Below are positions 58,184 to 64,000 of a DNA stretch of 64,000 bases, in pieces (within the stretch, counting starts at the first letter, position 1; each line of letters opens with the position of its first letter). The DNA comes from a virus. The position numbers and the translations under genes are program-made. Below the pieces are notes generated by a model. The model worked only from the letters and a program-made list of their open reading frames with translations, did not search any database and was not told the DNA's origin. The stretch lies in IMG/VR virus record IMGVR_UViG_3300025015_000014, positions 68,787 to 132,786 of that record, one strand, 5' to 3'.

Positions 58184-59167
58184 TTACTGCTCGGCTGCGG
58201 GGTGTGTTTTGATGTGGGTCATCCACTTATCAAGCAATGCCGGGGTGAGGGCACCAAAGTAGACCTCTTGACTGATCCCTGAATCCTCGATGCTCCGGCC
58301 ATAGGCCCGATGCCGCCAAATCACCCGCATGGTCTTCTTAGCTTCCCGAATGAAATAGCCTGTCTTGTCCTGGTACCCTCTCGGTGCCCAATAGCCATAT
58401 TTCGTCCCGCCCGCCATAACGGCGAACCCTTTGGCTCCCAGATAGTCATGGGCTGCCTGAGGGGTCATGCCTACATTCGGATCCTTCTTGGGGGCTACCT
58501 TGACTTCCTCGAAACTGATCGACTGAAATCCCTCATCTCCAGGAAGCTCCCAGGTGACCCAGGCCACCTTGTCCCGAACAACCATGTCGAAGATGCGGCC
58601 CTTGCCGAAAGCCTTGAGGGTCTCATAGAGCTTGTCAGAGGTCACATCCACAAGCCGCCGGGTCCCAGCCTTGGCCCCGAATGGGCGATAGTACGTCCAA
58701 CGACCCCCATGAGGAACCCCGGCATCCATGGGAACCCAGGCCACCTTGTAGCGAGAAATCACCTGGAGAAGGCTCTTATCGAGCACATCCTGGGCGAACC
58801 GTCGCAGGTCGGAATCCGTGAAAGACCCGCTTGATTGTGGCCCATACACGTTCCGAACTCGGGACCACACGGACTCATCTTGGGAATCCGGTGAGGGAGA
58901 CGGAGAATGATGAGCACCCCCCGACTCAATCATCTCACGGGCGACGTTGAGTTTTTGCATCGTCTCCAAGTCGCCACCCCGGTCTGGGTGGAACTTGAAG
59001 GCCAGTTCCTGATACTTGTGCTTGACCTCGTCCGGGGAAGCCGTCGGGGGCAAACCCAGAAACTGATAAGCCCCATCCAATGAGAAGGCAAAAGCTCGTT
59101 TGAGAAGATACCGGGCTGTCACTCTCTGAGCCGTATGCCTGTCCTGCGCTTGTGTTTGTGTGTTCAT
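58184..59167 (-). CDS. J-domain (DnaJ-like) protein
   Basis: AYQFLGL...YQELAFKFHPDRGGD...LNVA. Confidence 0.85.
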   Translation of the reverse strand: MNTQTQAQDRHTAQRVTARYLLKRAFAFSLDGAYQFLGLPPTASPDEVKHKYQELAFKFHPDRGGDLETMQKLNVAREMIESGGAHHSPSPSPDSQDESVWSRVRNVYGPQSSGSFTDSDLRRFAQDVLDKSLLQVISRYKVAWVPMDAGVPHGGRWTYYRPFGAKAGTRRLVDVTSDKLYETLKAFGKGRIFDMVVRDKVAWVTWELPGDEGFQSISFEEVKVAPKKDPNVGMTPQAAHDYLGAKGFAVMAGGTKYGYWAPRGYQDKTGYFIREAKKTMRVIWRHRAYGRSIEDSGISQEVYFGALTPALLDKWMTHIKTHPAAEQ

Positions 59168-59204
59168 GCCCTCAAAGGAATATAGAAGGGCTAACGATCA
59201 CAAG

Positions 59205-59279
59205 TGCCCCCGACAGGATTCGAACCTGCTGCCTTGAGCTTAGAAGGCTCCTGCTCTAATCCAAATGAGCTACAGGGGC
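59205..59279 (-). tRNA. tRNA-Arg(TCT)
   Basis: Loop CTTCTAA. Confidence 0.92.
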
Positions 59280-59285
59280 ATTGAG

Positions 59286-59358
59286 TGGGCCTGATTGGGC
59301 TTGAACCAACGACCTCTTCCATGTCACGGAAGCGCGCTCCCAACTGCGCTACAGGCCC
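59286..59358 (-). tRNA. tRNA-Val(GAC)
   Basis: CTTCC GTGACAT GGAAG. Confidence 0.92.
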
Positions 59359-59362
59359 ATAG

Positions 59363-59737
59363 TTACCAGGAATGTCTGCGAGCAGTTCTCTTTTGGGCAG
59401 TGGTCATAGACCGACGGATCCGCCGTTGTCCCAGTCGGGGCAGGGTTTGGACCAGCAACAGCATTCTCCGTTGACCCTGCCAGCCTCTTAGGGACTCGGG
59501 GGCCGGTTTACGGATCCGGGGCCAAACCGGCGGCAGAGGTGGCGGAGCGGGTTCAATATCCAGGTCTAGGGTCAGTTGGTTTTCTGGATAGTTCGAAGTC
59601 GGCCCCGCCGTAGCCGTTTGGCTTGGAAAATCAAGCACAGTAGAAGAGGTGATATTGGCTGAGTTGTTCGAAAGGGTTATCGTATAGATGTCCCCCGTCG
59701 TTGCCGATGTCGGGATGTTTGCAGCGCCCCAAGCCAT
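59363..59737 (-). CDS. hypothetical protein
   Basis: 124-aa ORF between tRNAs. Confidence 0.45.
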   Translation of the reverse strand: MAWGAANIPTSATTGDIYTITLSNNSANITSSTVLDFPSQTATAGPTSNYPENQLTLDLDIEPAPPPLPPVWPRIRKPAPESLRGWQGQRRMLLLVQTLPRLGQRRIRRSMTTAQKRTARRHSW

Positions 59738-59758
59738 GCCTCTATACTACCCGATCTT

Positions 59759-59835
59759 TGGTATCCCCGGCCAGAGTCGAACTGGCGACCTCTCGGTTCG
59801 TAGCCGAGCGTTCTGATCCACTGAACTACGGGGAT
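59759..59835 (-). tRNA. tRNA-Arg(ACG)
   Basis: CTCGG CTACGAA CCGAG; CCA end. Confidence 0.9.
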
Positions 59836-59890
59836 CCTGCTTGATACTCTGTCTATCCGCCCCAGTGAGTGAACCCAGGAGGTTCAGCCC

Positions 59891-60466
59891 ATGCCTCTTC
59901 TGCCGTTTCCCAGTAACCACCAGGCCGCCTCGTTTGACTGTGGGGCTGCTGCCCTACAATCCGTCCTTTACTATTTCGGGGTTGAGGTCGTAGAAACGGA
60001 TTTGATCAAGGCTCTCAAAGCCACCGAGGACGGCATCGAACCGGGCTACATTGTAGGGTATCTGACCAACCGCAATTTCTCAGTCCATGCCGCCGGAGGC
60101 ATGACCATCAAGGAACTTGAATACTGGCTGGACCGTAAAGCCCCCATCATCCTGCTCATCCAAGCCTGGGCAAAGGAAGCCAACAAAGACTATTCCGAAG
60201 CCCTTGACAATGGCCACTACGTTGTTGCCATTGGGTATGACGAGCAGAACATTTACTTCGAGGATCCGTTCCTGTTGGGCCACCTGGGATTCATCCCCCG
60301 AGAGGACCTGGATGCCCGGTGGCATGTCGATTCAGACGGTGCCCAACTGTTCGAGCATTTCGGTATTGCCGTGTATGGTCGCAAGCCTGCGTATGACCCC
60401 AACAAGATTCTCCGGATCCAAGCCGGAAAGGTTGCTGCGGCTTGGCTTGCCAAACAGTCGGGATGA
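59891..60466 (+). CDS. peptidase C39-like cysteine protease
   Basis: HQAASFDCGAAAL...GHYVVAIGYD...FEDP; AGGAGG SD. Confidence 0.88.
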   Translation: MPLLPFPSNHQAASFDCGAAALQSVLYYFGVEVVETDLIKALKATEDGIEPGYIVGYLTNRNFSVHAAGGMTIKELEYWLDRKAPIILLIQAWAKEANKDYSEALDNGHYVVAIGYDEQNIYFEDPFLLGHLGFIPREDLDARWHVDSDGAQLFEHFGIAVYGRKPAYDPNKILRIQAGKVAAAWLAKQSG

Positions 60467-60531
60467 GTGGACTTGAACCACCGGCCTCACGGTCCCCGAC
60501 CGTGCGCTCTACCAGACTGAGCTACACCCCG
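60458..60531 (-). tRNA. tRNA-Pro(GGG)
   Basis: CACGG TCGGGGA CCGTG. Confidence 0.9.
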
Positions 60532-60535
60532 AGTA

Positions 60536-60630
60536 AGAAGTCCCGCCAGGATTCGAACCTGGATTAACCATGCACTGCTGGAATCGAACCAGCGACCCGT
60601 TAGGGAGCCTGCCAAGACTCTAGGACTTCT
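60536..60630 (-). ncRNA. twin-T-arm tRNA-like RNA (copy 2)
   Basis: AGAAGTCC/GGACTTCT stem; GCTGG-TTCGATT-CCAGC and CCAGG-TTCGAAT-CCTGG. Confidence 0.6.
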
Positions 60631-60632
60631 AG

Positions 60633-60705
60633 TTGGCCCGAGTGGATTTGAACCACCTACCTCCTGCTTATCAGACAGGCGCTCTACCAGATGAGCTACG
60701 GGCCA
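60633..60705 (-). tRNA. tRNA-Ile(GAT)
   Basis: Loop CTGATAA. Confidence 0.92.
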
Positions 60706-60805
60706 ATATCGGGGGCAGTTGGTGGGGAGACACTTCCCCGTCGGTGTTCCTGGGGAAGTGTCTCCCCAGGAGTCCTGATACCAACCACCCTCGAACCTTT
60801 ACAAG

Positions 60806-60879
60806 TGCCCCTGACCGGATTCGAACCGGTGGTCTTCTGCGTGAGAGGCAGATGTCCAAGGCCGCTAGACGACAGGGGC
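60806..60879 (-). tRNA. tRNA-Glu(CTC)
   Basis: TCTGC CTCTCAC GCAGA. Confidence 0.92.
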
Positions 60880-60887
60880 ATTTGAGG

Positions 60888-60960
60888 GTTGGGTGACGGG
60901 ATTTGAACCCGCGACGACTGGATCCACAATCCAGCGATCTACCACTGATCTACACCCAAC
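60888..60960 (-). tRNA. tRNA-His(GTG)
   Basis: CTGGA TTGTGGA TCCAG; G-1/C73. Confidence 0.92.
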
Positions 60961-61008
60961 ATTGTGGGGTTCCCCGAGAATGCAAAGGGAACCCTGGTGA
61001 GCCGCACA

Positions 61009-61079
61009 GATGACCGATAGGTTTCGAACCCACACTTCCAGGTATCCAGCCCTGGTGCTCTCCCTTGAGCTACGGTCAT
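61009..61079 (-). tRNA. atypical tRNA with 8-nt anticodon loop
   Basis: ATGACCG/CGGTCAT acceptor; CCAGG GCTGGATA CCTGG. Confidence 0.6.
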
Positions 61080-61082
61080 TAG

Positions 61083-61157
61083 TCGGAGTGAGTGGATTTG
61101 AACCACCGACCCTCTGGTCCCGAACCAGATGCTCCTACCAGGCTGAGCTACACTCCG
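61083..61157 (-). tRNA. tRNA-Pro(CGG)
   Basis: TCTGG TTCGGGA CCAGA. Confidence 0.9.
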
Positions 61158-61272
61158 ATTTGAGCAACTGAGCAGCGTCCGCCCTTTGGCTTGGTTTCCA
61201 GGCATCCCTGGACCCTCCCCCTGAGTGACTTACCCATTCAGTTGCTCGGGTTCGGATGTCTCCGAACCGTAG

Positions 61273-61345
61273 TGGGTCGGGAGGGATTTGAACCCTCAAC
61301 CTCGGGCTTAAGAGGCCCTTGCTCTGCCAACTGAGCTACCGACCC
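61273..61345 (-). tRNA. tRNA-Lys(CTT)
   Basis: Loop CTCTTAA. Confidence 0.92.
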
Positions 61346-61377
61346 AGAACGAAAGACAGCAGTCGAACCAACTGAGA

Positions 61378-62205
61378 TTATGCGGTGGCCCGCAGGTAGA
61401 AAGTGACCTGGAAAGCACCTGAGATGTAGGTCTTCGATTGGGTGACCGCCTGCTTTTCGTCTACCTTGAAATCATAGATGCCATAACTGTCAACCCCACT
61501 GGAATAGTCTATTTCGGACTTGTCCAGCAGGTCTTCATCCAGGCTAATCTCAACGTGGTCCGCATATCGGTCCACCAAGGCATCCTGAAACTGATCTGAC
61601 CCTCCTGGGGGGGGGTCATCCCCGATGTTCATTGCACTGAGGACATCTGAAAGATCCTGGAGTAGATATGCCCACGCTCTTGCATGTTTCGCCAGGTTTC
61701 GTTTTGCCTCACTTGCCTGGAAAGCCAAGCCCTTTTTTTGCCAGAAGGCAAGGAAAAAGCCTAGCAGGATGTCTGTGGGGATCTCCATGGTGAGTTGCCC
61801 TGTTGCGGTCTCAGGTCCCTCAATCGTCACACCTACTGAGACCTCCTCAGCATAGGCGGGGTCACGATAGCCACGGGTTATGGGGGTGAACTCCGTGTCT
61901 ACATCAAAGTCCTTCTCCAACTTCCCGCTAAACGTGATGGGGTTGTCCTCTACAGCCCACATCTTGGGGTTTCGTTGCAGGAACAGCATGAGGTCATCCG
62001 CGACGGGTCGGGTCGGATCCCCTATGGCGTCAAAGGAGTCAAGATCTGAAGGGTCCACGCGGGAGGGAAGCCGCGTTGCTGTCGCATAGAAAGCATACAG
62101 GTCGTGGATGTTATGACTGGCCGTTTTTCGCAACATGGGGACCAAATGTTGCCGCATCTCAGGACGTGCCTGTGCCATGCGGTGAAGCAGTTGTCTTAAG
62201 GTCAT
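61378..62205 (-). CDS. hypothetical protein
   Basis: GGAGG SD before MTLRQLL; N-terminal ...LRKTAS segment. Confidence 0.65.
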   Translation of the reverse strand: MTLRQLLHRMAQARPEMRQHLVPMLRKTASHNIHDLYAFYATATRLPSRVDPSDLDSFDAIGDPTRPVADDLMLFLQRNPKMWAVEDNPITFSGKLEKDFDVDTEFTPITRGYRDPAYAEEVSVGVTIEGPETATGQLTMEIPTDILLGFFLAFWQKKGLAFQASEAKRNLAKHARAWAYLLQDLSDVLSAMNIGDDPPPGGSDQFQDALVDRYADHVEISLDEDLLDKSEIDYSSGVDSYGIYDFKVDEKQAVTQSKTYISGAFQVTFYLRATA

Positions 62206-62248
62206 GGGACACCTCCACAGACACCTCAGGATAGGAAGATAACCGAAG

Positions 62249-62323
62249 TTGGCCCGAGTGGATTTGAACCACCGATCCCTTGACCCCCAGTCAAGTGCGT
62301 TAACCAGGTTACGCCACGCCCCG
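62249..62323 (-). pseudogene. chimeric tRNA-Pro(GGG) with an Ile-derived 3' end
   Basis: Acceptor CGGGGCG/CGGGCCA is mispaired; the 3' ~25 nt match tRNA-Ile at 60633. Confidence 0.65.
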
Positions 62324-62326
62324 GTA

Positions 62327-62411
62327 AGATGCTCTGTACGGGATCGAACCGTGTGTCCCCCGGATTCGAACCGGGCTGCCATCAAAGGCGGGAGCCATCC
62401 CCAGAACATCT
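62327..62411 (-). ncRNA. twin-T-arm tRNA-like RNA (copy 3)
   Basis: AGATGTTCTG/CAGAGCATCT stem; CCCGG-TTCGAAT-CCGGG and ACGG-TTCGATC-CCGT. Confidence 0.6.
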
Positions 62412-62413
62412 AG

Positions 62414-62486
62414 TTGGCCCGGCTGGAATTGAACCAGCGACCTCACGCATATCAGGCGTGCTCTCTTCCAACTGAGATACGGGCCA
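62414..62486 (-). tRNA. tRNA-Ile(GAT)
   Basis: CACGC CTGATAT GCGTG. Confidence 0.88.
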
Positions 62487-62566
62487 GTTTCAGGTAGCAG
62501 CAAGGCATTCCCAGGGTTGGGTTCGCACCAGCCCCTGAAAATGACGAACCCCTGCTGCTACCATAG

Positions 62567-62639
62567 TAGACGGGACAGGAATTGAACCTGCGACAACCTC
62601 TGCGTGAGAGAGGCACTCTTCCAACTGAGTTACCCGCCT
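62567..62639 (-). tRNA. tRNA-Val(CAC)
   Basis: CCTCT CTCACGC AGAGG. Confidence 0.88.
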
Positions 62640-62643
62640 ATAG

Positions 62644-62716
62644 AGCCTGCTGTCGGAATCGAACCGACCACCTGAGGTTTACAAAACCTCTGCTCTGCCA
62701 AATGAGCTAAGCAGGC
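62644..62716 (-). tRNA. tRNA-Thr(TGT)
   Basis: GAGGT TTTGTAA ACCTC. Confidence 0.92.
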
Positions 62717-62734
62717 ACTTACTGCTAATCCTAG

Positions 62735-62805
62735 TTCGGGTGGGAGGACTCGAACCCCCGTAACAGGGACCAAAACCCTGCGTCCGGCCACTAGACGACA
62801 CCCGA
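62735..62805 (-). tRNA. tRNA-Gln(TTG)
   Basis: CAGGG TTTTGGT CCCTG. Confidence 0.88.
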
Positions 62806-62945
62806 ATTGTAGCTGGCCTCCATATCCCCCGGCGTGGTGTTTGATTCCCGCCTGCCTCTGCCCGTCTACTCGGTATTACCTTTGGCACGGGACAGCAGGG
62901 ACATGAAGGTTTCCCCACCCTTGCAATCAGGTGGACCAGTAAGAG

Positions 62946-63021
62946 CGGGCTGTACGGGATTTGAACCCGTGATTTCCTGATCGACAGTCAGGAGGGGACG
63001 GCCAGACTCCCCTAACAGCCC
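62946..63021 (-). tRNA. tRNA-Asp(GTC)
   Basis: CCTGA CTGTCGA TCAGG. Confidence 0.88.
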
Positions 63022-63090
63022 ATAGCCCCCCGCATCTCACTTCCAGACGGTACCTTATTGGCCCGCTCCTGCAAACGAAGTAAAGGGGAC

Positions 63091-63166
63091 TGGCTCCGGT
63101 GGCCGGGATCGAACCGGCTGCATCAAGTTTAACAGACTTGCGCTCTACCAATTGAGCTACACCGGA
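63091..63166 (-). tRNA. tRNA-Asn(GTT)
   Basis: CAAGT CTGTTAA ACTTG; CCA end. Confidence 0.92.
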
Positions 63167-63184
63167 ACAGTACGGAACGCACAG

Positions 63185-63256
63185 AGCGGATGACGGGATT
63201 CGAACCCGTGTGGTCCACCTTGGCAAGGTGGTGCCTAGCCACTAGGCTACATCCGC
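63185..63256 (-). tRNA. tRNA-Gly(GCC)
   Basis: CCACC TTGCCAA GGTGG. Confidence 0.92.
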
Positions 63257-63266
63257 AAAGGCCCGG

Positions 63267-63800
63267 TCAAGGCAGTGACCGGGCTGGAGAGGGGAACACA
63301 ACACGAGAAGTGGTGGAGCATATCGGACTTGAACCGACGACCCCCACAATGCCATTGTGGTGCTCTCCCAACTGAGCTAATGCCCCATTTCGGTGCCTTG
63401 AGGGTCTTCCTTTTCCCTTGTTCAGAACCCCGTAGGTCGGGGTTAGGCTGTGACAGTTCGGACAAAGAAGGGTGAGATTCTCCTCTGTCGTATTAGCCCA
63501 GTTTCCGTCTATGTGCTCTGTTGTGAGATGGATGATGCCATTGAAGGGGTTTCTCTCTGACCAACCGCAACGAGCACACTTCTCTTGGTACTTTTCTCGA
63601 AGATACCTACGAATCCGCCCGCAAAGTTGCTCCTCACCAACACCCTTATTCCCAGTCTCTAGACCTCTTTTCCAACGAGAGATGTAGTCTTGATAACTAC
63701 GCTCCTGCTGACATTTGTGAGAACAAGTAATGGCCTCAAGGTTCTCAACAGGAGTTTGGCACACGGGGCAAGGAAGTCTTTCTTTTTTAGGGTGGCTCAT
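63267..63800 (-). CDS. HNH homing endonuclease
   Basis: CARC...EHIDGNWANTTEENLTLLCPNCH; reads through tRNA-Ala. Confidence 0.82.
   Translation of the reverse strand: MSHPKKERLPCPVCQTPVENLEAITCSHKCQQERSYQDYISRWKRGLETGNKGVGEEQLCGRIRRYLREKYQEKCARCGWSERNPFNGIIHLTTEHIDGNWANTTEENLTLLCPNCHSLTPTYGVLNKGKGRPSRHRNGALAQLGEHHNGIVGVVGSSPICSTTSRVVFPSPARSLP
63311..63386 (-). tRNA. tRNA-Ala(GGC)
   Basis: CCACA ATGGCAT TGTGG; CCA end. Confidence 0.92.
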
Positions 63801-64000
63801 TTCCTGACGACCTCCATCACACGAGACAGAGTTTATTGAAAAACTATTAGGGGATGTCCTCCCAGTTGGACGACGACCCCATTGTTTACAGGGCATCGGG
63901 AATCGAACCCTTCTTTTTGCAGACCGGTGATGACCCGGCTTATCCCCTATCGGGGATGGTCCGTCCTTGTGCCACCAGACTCCCTGTAGTCGGAGCGAGT

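Noticed and set aside
24784-63386. Stop-codon reassignment
   Set aside because: No CTA, TCA or TTA anticodon tRNA was found, and long genes read cleanly in the standard code with all three stops used.

Overview
This is a 64-kb piece of a large (probably jumbo) dsDNA bacteriophage genome; there are no rRNA operons or host housekeeping blocks. From left to right it holds a replication module (RecD2-like helicase, intein-containing class II RNR, HolA- and HolB-like clamp-loader subunits, a possible origin), a sigma-factor-like gene, large modular putative virion proteins, HU and GroEL. It also carries about 48 intact tRNA genes covering all 20 amino acids, a tmRNA, endonucleases embedded among the tRNAs, a divergent MoxR/vWA pair and RNase Z. 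The best candidate for an undescribed system is 44.6-51.6 kb on the minus strand. There, six small RNAs share one helix with an AAUC/UCUC-type internal loop, either closing a tRNA-like core or circularly permuted into a tRNA variable arm. They sit directly upstream of a Ro60/TROVE-like vWA protein, which is followed by E2-like, JAB, ubiquitin-like and E1/ThiF genes. Other unexplained RNAs are a split mimic of the 23S rRNA L11-binding domain, a tmRNA-like RNA with no tRNA domain, three twin-T-arm RNAs and several large structured RNAs. A bipartite motif, GGCTTAG-N16-GTAG, occurs at least 18 times upstream of genes. All calls were made by eye from motifs and base pairing with no database searches, so novelty is unverified and coordinates may be off by a few bases.
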